Source of the DNA: Eledone cirrhosa
Taxonomy: Eukaryota
Assembly: GCA_964016885.1 (NCBI GenBank)
Contig: OZ024756.1
Coordinates: 29,326,001 to 29,390,000, forward strand
Direction: 5' to 3'
DNA length: 64,000 bases
Numbering within the stretch: position 1 is the stretch's first letter; every line of letters begins with the position of its first letter. The position numbers were made by a program, and so were the translations under genes. The notes beneath the pieces were generated by a model. The model did no database searches and was not told the origin of the DNA. It was given only the letters and a program-made list of their open reading frames with translations. Below, piece after piece: positions 25,493-38,331 of the stretch.

Positions 25493-25937
25493 TATTTTGG
25501 TATTTTAACATAGTTATATCTTTCTATGTGTGTGTATATATATATAATATACACACATATTTTGGTATTTTAACATAGTTATATCTTTCTATGTTTGTGT
25601 ATATATATATATATAATATACACACATATTTTGGTATTTTAACATAGTTATATCTTTCTATATGTGTGTGTATATATATATATAATATACACATATTTTG
25701 GTATTTTAACATAGTTATATCTTTCTATGTGTGTGTGTATATATATATATAATATACACACATATTTTGGTATTTTAACATAGTTATATCTTTCTATGTG
25801 TGTGTGTATATATATATATATATATACGCACACATATTTTGGTATCTTAACATAGTTATATCTTTCTATGTGTGTGTGTATATATATATATATAATATAC
25901 ACACATATTTTGGTATTTTAACATAGTTATATTTTTC

Positions 25938-25981
<44 letters not shown>

Positions 25982-26287
25982 TATATTTTGGTATTTTAAC
26001 ATAGTTATATCTTTCTATGTGTGTGTGTGTATATATATATATACACACATATATTGGTATTTTAACATAGTTATATCTTTCTATGTGTGTGTGTGTATAT
26101 ATATATACACACACATATATTGGTATTTTAACATAGTTATCTTTCTATGTGTGTGTGTATATATTTATATACACACATATTTTGATATTTTAACATAGTT
26201 ATATCTTTCTATGTGTGTGTGTATATATTTACATACACACATATTTTGATATTTTAACATAGTTATATCTTTCTATGTGTGTGTATG

Positions 26288-26321
<34 letters not shown>

Positions 26322-26375
26322 TATTTTGGTATTTTAACATAGTTATATCTTTCTATGTGTGTGTATATATATATG
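25020..26375. repeat. Minisatellite with constant core (catattttggtattttaacatagttatatctttctat) and variable TG/TA spacers
   Basis: More than 20 units directly visible. Confidence 0.93.
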
Positions 26376-26799
26376 CTGGATAATTATATTCCCCTATAAA
26401 TAATGGTTATATGTAGAGAGTGCCCCTTCCTTGCTCAAGAGTTACCTCCTCCTGAATCCGAGTCTTTGTTCTGAGTTCAAATCTTGCCAAGGTCAATGTT
26501 TTCCTTTTGTACTTCAGGAGAGTTAATAAAATAAAGTACCACTCAAATTATTCCCCACTGTACTTAGAAATCATCATCATCGTTTTTATGTCCATTTTTC
26601 CACGCTTGCATGGGTCGGACGGGCCCTTCTAGCACAGCATCTCTCCACTCACCGCGTTCCTTTGTCATCTCCTCTGAGAATTTCAGTGATTTGAGGTTAG
26701 CTCTCTCACCTCACCTGGCATTGTTCACAATAGGATAATTCATCTAACCCAAGCCAGCATGGAAAAAATGAACATTAAATGATGATGATGATGATGATG

Positions 26800-26836
<37 letters not shown>

Positions 26837-27652
26837 ACCTGGGTTCAATCAGGAGTAACCACAGTAAGGTACTCAATACTTAGTAGAGTGTATACAACAT
26901 TTAATATAGAAATGGCTTCTACAGGACTAGAACTGTTTCATTCGAATGAAACAGTTCTAGTCCTGTAGAAGTCATTTCTATATTAAATCTCATATATTGG
27001 ATCGTCAAGTATGAAATTTGTAAAAATTTTTTTTTTTTTTTTTTTTACAAATTTCATACTTAACGACCTAATATATATATATATATATAGAAGTGTGGTG
27101 ACTGTTGGAAAGCTGCCATTACTCATACTTCTCGCCTCCTTCACCACCTCTTCTACGGCTTCGATATAAATACCCCCTCCGCCTCCGTGGTATTTTCTTC
27201 GGGGTTATAAGAGGCTTAGCTCTGTTTCTCGACCGTTATATCGCGTGACTATCTCCCCCTCCGCCTTTTGGGATTCTTTCTCACGTCGTGTCAACGCGTT
27301 CTTGAGGCTAGTAAAATGAGGTATCCTCTTGATAAGTCGGCAGACCTCGCAAGGACTCTATATCTTTATGATGTATTGTTTTTGTTTATGCCACGAAACT
27401 ACCTAGTCGAGGAATCTAGGAGCAGTTTAGGTATGATACATTTTATTACTAATTATATCTGAATGTTCCTTCTCTCTTCATAATGTATTTTTAACTCTGA
27501 TACTGGTTCAGTCTGGTTCAACCGGATTGGTCTGTCCCAGTCATTCATTGAGCAACATCGGTGAGGTTGGCACCCTTAACTCACGGTTGGGTGTGGATGC
27601 ATTCATGTATATGTGTGTCCCCGCATGTATCTGTGTGTTTCTAAATATATTG

Positions 27653-27684
<32 letters not shown>

Positions 27685-27686
<2 letters not shown>

Positions 27687-27985
27687 AAGGCAGGTAAAAT
27701 TCCCGAGATCCAAGGACGAGTTCTCTCCAGCGGTCTCTGTCCCTCATTATCGCTGCCATGTCCTGCGTCTCCAACAGACCAGTGTCTGTCCTTAGGGCAT
27801 CAACATACGTTAACCTTGGTCTTCCTCTTCTAGTGTGTCCATGTAGGGGCTCCCACAGGAGCACTGAGTGCAATGTCAACTCTGGATGTCGGTGAGCATC
27901 TCCAGCTAACCTCAGTCTCCTCTGTGTCACTTTTGAGCTGACTTTTGGGATGCTCCCGTACAGCTCTGAGTTTTTCATCCTCAGT
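27685..27985 (-). mobile_element. RTE/RTEX-type LINE 3' end
   Basis: RRLRLAG.AHRHPEL...LLWEP.HG..RRGRPRLTYVD.L..D...DRDRWRELV. Confidence 0.85.
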
Positions 27986-28122
27986 GTATATATATATAGG
28001 AAAAATAATGGAGCAAAGGACTCGCGTATAATCCTGTAATTAAATGAGCTCAAAGGAAATAGTTATCCTGGGCAATATATTGTATATATATATATATCAA
28101 TGTGCTTTCTGTGTTTTAAAAG

Positions 28123-28298
28123 TGTGCTGAGCCTACCAGTGCGCAACCCATGTCGTCCTTCCAGAGGAAGACCCAATCCTCAATTAACAACAAACCACAT
28201 TCCTTCTATTGAAGTGACAACTCCACGTACCTCCAATGATTCTGCTCTCAGCTCTAAATTGACCAAGGAACATCCATATGTTAATACAACTCATCCAG
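28123..28298 (+). CDS. Ig-superfamily receptor, exon 6 (cytoplasmic, contains HPYVNT)
   Basis: Acceptor gtgttttaaaag, donor G|gtatgt, open frame, phase 2-1. Confidence 0.75.
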
Positions 28299-28700
28299 GT
28301 ATGTAGGTCACTAGGTTTTATTTCTCTGGTTCCATCTTATGTTTTTTATGTCATAATCAGAGAGATGAAGGGCCGAACTGAGAGTCAGAGCCTGGATATC
28401 TAGAGCCCAGGTGTGGACCTGCAATATACACTCCCTTCTTGCAGCTGTGTAACCCATTCTCCCATAAAAAATAACTTTAATCTACTATTTGACAAGCTGA
28501 CAAGCCAAGTTTTTTTTACCTTACTAAGAACATTAGTAAACCTGCAGTTTTCCACTACATAGTCCACATTCAGTCATACAAAGTCATGTGACAGTTTCAT
28601 AACACCACATACCCTCTCCACAACATTGCTACAGTTTGGCAAGCTTACTAGTCTAGTTCTTTTACACTACTTGCCCTTATCCTACTAAGAACATTATTAA

Positions 28701-28923
28701 CCCTTTAACATTTACATTACTCTATATATACTATTGCATTTACATTACTCTATATTTACTATTGTATTTCCATGGTAAAGGCTTTACTTCATATAATATC
28801 GAATATATGAGATTTTGATATTTATTTTGAGAACAATACCTTAATGTTGGTATGAACAGCCAGTTACAACAGAAAGAGATCAGAGATTTCTGGTCGGATA
28901 TGGCCAGTTTAAATGCTAAAGGG
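28701..28923. mobile_element. piggyBac-like MITE
   Basis: TTAA-CCCTTTAACATTTA...TAAATGCTAAAGGG-TTAA, with an adjacent empty-site paralog. Confidence 0.85.
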
Positions 28924-29378
28924 TTAAGCCTGCAGTTTCCCACAATACAATCTACATTCACCCATACAAAATCATGTGACAGTTCATAACACCATATAAC
29001 CCTTTCCACAACACTGCTATGTCACAAAGATGTTTATAGATTGGACGAAATTGTTATATATTTAATTATATAAATTTGTATAAAACTGATACAATAAGGT
29101 GCAGTATTGCACTTTTCTGAGGGTAGAGCCCTAGGTGACTGCCTAGATGGCATTAATGGTAGTGCCAGTCCTGCCTGTACCCACATATGACCACTTTAGA
29201 ACCTGTGGAACCTTGGCCTAACACATTAGGTGACCTTGACATACACAACACCTAATGAGCTTTACATTCACAACATTAACACATTGAATGACCTTGACAT
29301 TCACACATCTATAATGGTCTTGACATTCACAACATTAACACATTGAGTGGCCTTGACCTTCACACAAACAATCTTTAA

Positions 29379-29586
29379 CCCTTTAGCATTTAAACTGGCC
29401 ATAATTCTCTTACTTCTTTCTGTTCAAACCGGTTGTAACTGGCTGCTCATACTGATGTTTAGGTATTGTTCTTAAAATAAATATCAAAATCTCATAGATT
29501 CGATATTATGTGAGATAATAATGCAAGATAAATCTTTTACTGCAAAAATACAATAATATATATAGAGTAATGTAAATGCTAAAGAG
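29379..29586. mobile_element. piggyBac-like MITE
   Basis: TTAA-CCCTTTAGCATTTA...TAAATGCTAAAGAG-TTAA. Confidence 0.78.
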
Positions 29587-30544
29587 TTAAATGCTGTTCT
29601 GATTTTATGCAAGGAATTAATTAGTTTCTCTTATCTTTGGTAGAGTATATGGAATTGGTTGATAACAACTGTGTTGAAGATAACGAAGGTTGGTGTTTAT
29701 TTTGTTACCTTATTTCTAACGAAATACTCTTAATTTTAATTAAGTTATGAAGAATTTTGAGTAATTTTCTAAAATAACTAACTATTTCATTACTAAGATA
29801 ATATCTTAACAAAAGATTCTTATTTAGAATTATGGTGGAATATTGTAATCTAAATAGGAATCCTTGATGGTCTTGTTTCATAGAAACAGATCTAGTTTTA
29901 GCTGGGCTGGTATCAACAAAGGTAGTTTTGTTTCTGTGAAATATATGTAACAGGTTAATGACCAACAAAAACATGTAAACGAAACTTCATCTTTTTCTTA
30001 TATATATATATATATATATATATAAATGTAAGTATGTACACGTACATACATATATGTATACAGACGTACAGTAGTATGTATATATAATCATACATGTACA
30101 CATATATATATGCATGTATCGGTTTACCGAACATTTATTATAATGTTCAGTTTGTTTGTAAACAAACAGTCCGAATTACGCCGTACAGTGTTTGGCAACC
30201 ATCGTTGCCTTTTTTGTTTGTTCAACACTGACATTATAATAAATGTTCGGTAAACCCATACGTACATATATATATGTGTACATGCATGTATATATATACA
30301 TACTACTGTACGTCTGTATCCATATATGTATGTACGTGTACATACTTATATTTAAGTATCAGCCGTACTAAGAGTGAGAAATGAAATTTCGTTTCACCCT
30401 TTTCCATACACATATATTAATCTGTTATTTTAATAAATATATATATATATATATAAACATGATTATCTAAATATATGTATTATTATCTATGTTTATCTGT
30501 ATCTGTCTGTTTATATCTGTCTCTATATTTATCATTATCTTTGA

Positions 30545-30724
30545 TTGGCAGTATCGGTAGAGGGTCGGACGCCATGCTTTCCAGCATAGTTACGTCCCTT
30601 TACGGTCTGAGTTCAAATCCTGTCGAGGTTAACTTTGCCTTTCATCCTTACGGGGTCGATAAAATAAAGTACCAGTAATGCACTGGGTATTTGCTGGCTT
30701 TGTGCCTAAAGTAGAAACAATTAT
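30545..30724 (+). mobile_element. SINE family B
   Basis: Same head, core and tail. Confidence 0.85.
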
Positions 30725-30778
30725 CTTTCTATTCATTGCATGCATTTATTGTACTGATTGTTATTTCTGTTTACCTTT

Positions 30779-30822
<44 letters not shown>

Positions 30823-30823
<1 letters not shown>

Positions 30824-32064
30824 TCGCAGCCATACCCGGCGTTGCTCGGGTGTACGTCTACCATTAGTAAATCATTTTTTTTAAAGAGAAAACAACGTAG
30901 CACGAACACCCAAAAAACATTTATTTTTAACCATAAGAAGTATGTGCTATTCGATGTAAAAACGGTAAAATGTTATGGCATTTGAAAGGTGAATGAGTGT
31001 AAAAAGTGTGACGTTGACGCGATGAAGCTCCAAACACGAACTATGCCACAAGGAAGTCAGCAACCCAAAAGTGAGTCACATGGAATTTATGACAATAATT
31101 GTTTCTACTTTAGGCACAAGGCCAGCAATTACCCAGTGCATTACTGGTACTTTATTTTATCGACCCCGTAAGGATGAAAGGCAAAGTCAACCTCGGCGGG
31201 ATTTGAACTCAGATCGTAAAGGGACGTAACTATGCTGGAAAGCATGGCGTCCAACCCTCTACCAATACTGCCAATATGACAATAATGTGGGATGTTTGGC
31301 AATTCAGGGACTGAAGTCGTTGCGGGATGACGGAGATAATGTATGATGACTTTGAGTGAAAGGTACAAATGAGGGGGGAGCCATACGTTTGCTACAGTAG
31401 AAACATGTAAATAAGTATGGTGAGAAGAGGTGACTTTGCCTATTGCTGAAAAAGTATCGTAGGAGGAAGTTCATAATAAAATAAGTAGTATGCCGTTTAT
31501 ACTACTGGTAGGGGATGTAAGGGCTTTGTTTTACCTTATAGAGCATTTTTTAACTAAATAAATTATCATCTACAACAACTACTGTCACTGAAAAAAAGGG
31601 CGTAAGTGAAACGCCACACGCACGCACACACACACACTCACATGTTAATAGATTTAACCCTTACTGGAATGATGCACAAACACACACACACACGCTAATT
31701 AGTTATAGCTTTCCTTCCCCTCTTCCACTGTCATGTATCAAATACAGCATCTGTCGCTCTCTCTCTCTCTCCCGCTATCCCCCTCTTTTAATCTGTCTGT
31801 TTCTTTCACTCTTACTCTTTCTTTTTCATTTTTATAGAGATAGAGATTTTTTGTGTGCAAAGTCGTACCTATAGTCAGTTTTATCGATTTTTTTACCTGG
31901 ACAAAGGGGGAGTCGATCATTCGCAATTCCGTGCCGACCTGCCCTGATAAATTTGTGGTTGATTACAAAAGAAATTTTGAAAATCGGCCTTGCAGATCAA
32001 AAGTTGCTGCGGAACAGACACACACACAGAGACAGACAGACATTTTCATTTTTATAGATATAGA
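30823..32064 (-). mobile_element. Non-autonomous Helitron
   Basis: 5' TCTATATCTATAAAAATGAAAATGTCTGTCTG; 3' hairpin CCCGAGCAACGCCGGG followed by CGAG (variant of CTAG). Confidence 0.72.
31095..31275 (-). mobile_element. SINE family B nested in Helitron
   Basis: Same head, core and tail. Confidence 0.85.
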
Positions 32065-32066
32065 TA

Positions 32067-32413
32067 TCATCATCATCATCATTTCATTTTACGTCCGTTT
32101 TTTCCCTGCTTGCAAGGGTGGGATGGGAACTGATGCTAGCTTGATTTCTGCAGCTGGATGCCCTTCCTAACACCAACCTCATTTACAGTGAGTGGTGGGT
32201 GCTTGTTTTGCCGTGGCACCTCCACGACCACTTTGCAGTGGAATGATAGAGACCCCAGTCCCTATCATCTCATTTCTACAGCTGAGTAAACTGGAGCAAT
32301 GTGAAATAAAGTGTCTTGCTCAAGGAAACAACACATCACCCGGTCTGAGAATTGAACTCACAACCTTTCGATTGCAAGGCCAATGCTCTAACCACTAAGC
32401 CATGTGCCTCCAT
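32067..32413 (-). mobile_element. SINE family A, full length
   Basis: Same sequence as the other copies. Confidence 0.85.
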
Positions 32414-32809
32414 ATATATATATGGTTCAAGAAGACAACAAACAGAGGCACAAAAAGTCTTATTTCTTTCATGCTTTATATTAGAAAGAGGAAAGAAAGT
32501 TGGACATGTCGGGCTTAAGCCCTTCTTCGGGAGTACAGAGATAGGATAACAATGGAGAAAGAGAAAGAATGTCCAGTAAAGACACACAAAAAAACCACGA
32601 ATATATATATATTGACAAAGGACCGTGACAAGTGGAGAGATGCTTGCAAGCAGGGATAAGCGGACGTAAAATGATGATGATGATGATGATGATATATATA
32701 TATAACTATTTCATCTGATGAATGAGCCGGACATTTCTGTAAGGATCGTCTAGTTACCTGCAACCTTTAGTAATGGAATAATTATATTGTGTTGTCTATT
32801 ATGTAATTA

Positions 32810-32842
<33 letters not shown>

Positions 32843-32856
32843 TTTTTCCATTGTAG

Positions 32857-32906
32857 ATATACTTTATGAAAGCCCAGGGGAAAGTTGCTTCAATTCATAC
32901 AAGTGA
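32857..32906 (+). CDS. Ig-superfamily receptor, last coding exon (DILYESPGESCFNSYK*)
   Basis: Acceptor ttttttccattgtag, phase 1, TGA at 32904-32906. The seven exons total 1023 nt, i.e. 340 aa plus stop. Confidence 0.7.
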
Positions 32907-33671
32907 GAAATTCATCTGACACTTCCCTTCTACGAGAACAGTGATACGAAGAGTTATGTTTTACGGGGGGGGGGGGGGAAGTATGTAAAATAAGGAGTTA
33001 TCATATGGGCAGGTGGGTAAATAATTTTAACTTGTTCATATCATTGTATTCTCAAGGCCATGGAAGGTATCTATAGCGTATGTGAGCTGAAGAAATCATA
33101 GTTTGGTTTACTTTATCCCCAAACAGGTAAATCAGGGCTAAAACAAGCAAATAAACATAACTATTTGGAATCTTTAAAATACAACTTTCTAAGAAAAAAT
33201 TCTACTATATTCAGAGTATGTGTGTGTATGTGTTGTGTGTGATGTCTGTGTCGCTGTAAGTATATAATATATGTGAGTATTTGTTTTTGTGTGCATGTAA
33301 ATGTGTATCAGTCTCTAAGTATATATAGATATGTGTATGTTTGTACAAATAAACAAGAATCTACACATATATACATATTATATTTGTTAACTTTTTATAT
33401 AAAAGATAAACATATTCATGTGTATGTATATACACACATGCACATATGTAAATATATATATATACATAAACAAGCATGGAAAAAGAAATATAATGATAAT
33501 ATACACATGTATATAATATACCTAATAAAACATTTTATATACTCTATGGGCTTTATATATCAATGATTAATAATAATATATATATAAACAGTGAGTGTTC
33601 TGTTATTAATTCTGGCAATATTATTACACAAATATGACCCTCCCCAAGTATATATATATATATACTTATAT

Positions 33672-34020
33672 ATCATCATCATTTCATTTCATTTTACGTC
33701 CGCTTTTTTTTCCCTGCTTGCAAGGGTGGGACAGGAACTGATGCTGGCTTGATTTCTACAGCTGGATGCCCTTCCTAACACCAACCTCATTTACAGTGAG
33801 TGCTGGGTGCTTTTTTGCCGTGGCACCTCCACGACCACTTTGCAGTGGAATGATATGGACCCCAGTCCCTATCATCTCATTTCTACAGCTGAGTAAACTG
33901 GAGCAATGTGAAATAAAGTGTCTTGCTCAAGGAAACAACACATCACCCGGTCTGAGAATTGAACTCACAACCTTTCGATTGCAAGGCCAATGCTCTAACC
34001 ACTAAGCCATGTGCCTCCAT
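33672..34020 (-). mobile_element. SINE family A, full length
   Basis: Same sequence as the other copies. Confidence 0.85.
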
Positions 34021-34247
34021 TATATACTTATATATATACTTATATATATACTTGTATATATATATTTATATACTTGGGGAGGGTCATATTTGTGTAATAA
34101 TATTGCCAGAATTAATAATAGAACACTCACTGTTTGGTTGGTTTTTGCTTATATTAATACAAAAGGAAAACCAAGGTTGTTATTTAAATTCCACCTTAAT
34201 TTCTTGACATACTTTACCAAAATAAGTGGATTATTCCACTATTATAT

Positions 34248-34487
34248 CAGAGGAGACTGAGGTTAGCTGGACATGCTCACCGACATCCAGAGTTGACATT
34301 GCACTCAGTGCTCCTGTGGGAGCCCCTACATGGACACACTGGAAGAGGAAGACCAAGGTTAACGTATGTTGATGCTCTAAGGACAGACACTAGTCTGTTG
34401 GAGACACAGGACATGGCAGCGATAATGAGGGACAGAGACCGCTGGAGAGAACTCGTCCATGGATCTCGGGAATTTTACTCGCCCTAG
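34248..34487 (+). mobile_element. RTE/RTEX-type LINE 3' end (second copy)
   Basis: Near-identical to 27685-27925 in opposite orientation. Confidence 0.85.
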
Positions 34488-35316
34488 ATATATATAAATA
34501 TAAATACACTATATATTATATATATATAAATATATATACACTATATATTATATATATTTATTAATTTCCTTGAGTGGACAAAACAGACAATCTTAAGACA
34601 AGAAATTAACAGACAAATTTATACGAATTAAGATAACTATTTGTTTTTAAATTAAAATTTATTAAACATTTGTTGAGAACTAAGCAAATAATGGTTGTTG
34701 TTTATATATTTTTGTGAGTAGAGGCATTGCAGACAGGAATGCTGGACAAGCTGAGAGATAGAAAAAAAGAAACATTTTGTTTGGTCATTCAAAATATCCC
34801 CCAACCTCCCCCACACATGTACACAAGTACAAACATAATAGATCTTTGTTGGAGCAATCTGAAGTGGCTGAGAATTCTACAGACACGTGTACCCGTCATG
34901 TAGTAATCCCAAGACAGAATCATCTGTGACAGGGCTAGCCTTTTTGAGTTACACATACAATCCATCCGACGGGCTTCCAAACAGTTTCTGTCTACCAAAT
35001 TTCATTCACAAGGCTTGGGTTAATCTGTAAAAACATTTGTCTAAGATTCCACACAGTGGGATCAAACCCAGAAGCTCATGGCTGTGAACCAAACTTCTTA
35101 ACCATTCTACCATGCTCAGTCCACATACATACAAACATACACAAACTATTCATTTCATAGATAATCAGAAAATTTATCAAATTATATATATATAAGTAGA
35201 AGTTGTATTTAATTTGTTGGAAGTCCGACAAACATAAATGTTTATAACTGATTTAGAGCACTCAACAGTTTACTGGAGTAAATATTCAATGATATTAAAT
35301 AAATGGAAACTATATT

Positions 35317-35381
35317 TATTTTATTATATATATTTCAAGGGCAACCAAGAAAACATTGGTACGCTTTCATCAGATAAAATA
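35317..35381 (-). ncRNA. Type I hammerhead motif (family gamma), left arm of inverted repeat
   Basis: Reverse-complement copy of 35505-35569. Confidence 0.62.
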
Positions 35382-35504
35382 CAAAGTTTGTTTTATAAAT
35401 AGAGACATACCCATGATTTCGGTTGGAAATTCACTGGATAGTGAATTTCCAATCGATAAGGTATGGTTTTCATGGGTATGTCTCTATTTATAAAACAAAC
35501 TTTG

Positions 35505-35569
35505 TATTTTATCTGATGAAAGCGTACCGATGTTTTCTTGGTTGCCCTTGAAATATATATAATAAAATA
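35505..35569 (+). ncRNA. Type I hammerhead motif (family gamma), right arm of inverted repeat
   Basis: tattttat CTGATGA aagcgtacc...ggttgccctt GAAATATATATA ataaaata, with palindromic ATATATAT stem III. Confidence 0.62.
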
Positions 35570-35627
35570 AATATCGTTTTATAAATATAGTTTCCATTTA
35601 TTTAATATCATTGTATATATATATATA

Positions 35628-35962
35628 TCATCATTTCATTTTACGTCCGCTTTTCCCTGCTTGCAAGGGTGGACGGGAACTGATTCTGGCTTGATTTCTA
35701 CAGCTGGATGCCCTTCCTAACACCAACCTCATTTACAGTGAGTGCTGGGTGCTTTTTTGCCGTGGCACCTCCACGACCACTTTGCAGTGGAATGTTAGGG
35801 ACCCCCAGTCCCTATCATCTCATTTCTACAGCTGAGTAAACTGGAGCAATGTGAAATAAAGTGTCTTGCTCAAGGAAACAACACATCACCCGGTCTGAAG
35901 ATTGAACTCACAACCTTTCGATTGCAAGCCCAATGCTCTAACCACTAAGCCATGTGCCTCCA
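35628..35962 (-). mobile_element. SINE family A, full length
   Basis: Same sequence as the other copies. Confidence 0.85.
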
Positions 35963-36325
35963 ATATATATATATATATAGGTAGCAATATCTGTAGCTGT
36001 GAAAAGGAAAAAGGAAAACAGTTCTCAAGAGAGCAGAAATGTTATATTATTAATTTTTTAATATTTGTACACAGAATAAGGGTGCTACCCAAAGTTTCAA
36101 GGCCCAAATTTGACCTTATCTCCAGAATACAAGAGGCATCAAATGTGTGACTTTTCTTCAGGCGCTTAAATGAGTTTATAAACAAACTTGGTTAGCGCTT
36201 TTATTTCATGCATGGTTATATATATATATGTATGTTCGGATCTAGCTGTTGAAACGGTCTGAGCTCAGCCATCAGGGTCCAGAATTTTTCATATATATAT
36301 ATATATGTATGTATGTATGCATGTA

Positions 36326-36650
36326 TCATCATCATCATCATCATCATCATTTTACGTCCGCTTTTCCCTGATTCTGGCTTGATTTCTACAGCTGGATGCC
36401 TTTCCTAACACCAACCTCATTTACAGTGTGGGCTGGGTGCTTTTTTGCCGTGACACCTCCACGACCACTTTGCAGTGGAATGTTAGGGACCCCAGTCCCT
36501 ATCATCTCATTTCTACAGCTGAGTAAACTGGAGCAATGTGAAATAAAGTGTCTTGCTCAAGGAAACAACACATCACCTGGTCTGAGAATTGAACTCACAA
36601 CCTTTCGATTGCAAGGCCAATGCTCTAACCACTAAGCTATGTGCCTCCAT
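36326..36650 (-). mobile_element. SINE family A with small 3' deletion
   Basis: Same sequence as the other copies. Confidence 0.85.
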
Positions 36651-37981
36651 ATATATATATATTCACAGAGAGATTATACATATATTTTCTTCCCAAAGAT
36701 AAACATACATGTATAGCTTATACTTACGTGGAATAAAACAATTCTAGATGATAAACAAGGAGAACACGGAAAGAAGAATAACTTCCATCACTTTAAAACC
36801 ATATATTCATCTGTTTTTTTTTACAATTTTCAAACAAAACAGTATATACATATATATATATGGATGGCGCTAGGTAGAGCATCTAGCCGTAGAAAACCAG
36901 CCAGAAACTATCCCGTATGAGCGAAACACGATCATCACTCAACCCATGTAACCGCTAAATGGGACAAACCCGTCTAACCCATTTTAGCATGGAAGATGGA
37001 CATTAAACACTGATGATGTTAATACAACGGTATATATATATGTATAAATATATATATATATATATGTATGTATAAATATATCTATCTTCTGCATGGATTT
37101 GCAACCGACAATAGCATTAGCAATTGGAAAGACCAATGGAAACATTGTTTCCTCGGTAAGATTTAATGAGGTCTGGGATCTTGTCGATATATATATATAT
37201 ATATATATAATCATCATCAACCCCATCACCGTTTAACTTCTATTTTTCCATGGGTTAGACGAATTGTCCATATGTGGGCCAAGCCAGAGCAGATGTCCGT
37301 CTGCAGCTCAAATATATATACATATATATATATATGCACACACATATATTAAGAGCTCAATATTAGGAATCCTCAGAATTAAATAACATATAACTACCTT
37401 AATCACAATATTTCGTCCAAAAATACATTGTACCAGAGAAATGGTTGACATTTAAAAAAAAAGCAACATCATACCAGGAAATAGTACTTACCATGAGAAT
37501 CACAACTATAATTAATCACATGGGCCTTCAGACAAATAAATATTCACATGGGCCCTCAAACGAATAGGCTTGCATTATATGAATATTTATATTATACTTG
37601 TGATTCTTGTTGTAAGTACTATTTCCTAGTATGATGCAGCATTTTATACGTGTGTGTGTATATATATATATATATACACTTATATATATATATATATATA
37701 TACATACATACACTTATATATATATACATACACTTATATATATATATATAACATATATATATATATTTCGTTTCTGAATTTGTTTAGCAAGATTCTTTAT
37801 CTGAAATCGTGTGTTGAAACCGATATTGTTATACTTTGGGAGGGTCATGTTGCCAATAAGAAACACACGCACCAGTTGCTTTCACTTCAATTTAATTTAA
37901 TATATATTTATAAATTTACAAATTTATAAATTTCTGGTTGGTTGGTTGGTTCCACAACCAGATAGTTGTTTATATATATAT

Positions 37982-38026
37982 AGTCATAGTTCTTTCGTCA
38001 CACACTCTGTGACCTCTTCAGTGACT
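37982..38026 (-). ncRNA. Minimal hammerhead motif, left arm of long palindrome
   Basis: Exact reverse complement of 38136-38180. Confidence 0.6.
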
Positions 38027-38135
38027 GGGGATTTCTTTCTTCGTTTCTGTGCCTTTCCTTTCTTCTATCCTACGCCATTTTGTTTGGCGTAGGATAGAAG
38101 AAAGGAAAGGCACAGAAACGAAGAAAGAAATCCCC

Positions 38136-38180
38136 AGTCACTGAAGAGGTCACAGAGTGTGTGACGAAAGAACTATGACT
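38136..38180 (+). ncRNA. Minimal hammerhead motif, right arm of long palindrome
   Basis: agtca CTGAAGA g gtcaca...tgtgac GAAAG aa CTA tgact. One extra G lies before stem II. Confidence 0.6.
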
Positions 38181-38331
38181 ATATATATATAAACAACTAT
38201 CTGGTTGTGGAACCAACCAACCAACCAGAAATTTATAAATTTGTAAATTTATAAATATATATTAAATTAAATTGAAGTGAAAGCAACTGGTGCGTGTGTT
38301 TCTTATTGGCAACATGACCCTCCCAAAGTAT

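Noticed and set aside
25020-26375. CRISPR-like array (constant repeat with variable spacers)
   Set aside because: Spacers are only TG/TA/CA microsatellite length variants, the DNA is eukaryotic, and there are no cas genes.
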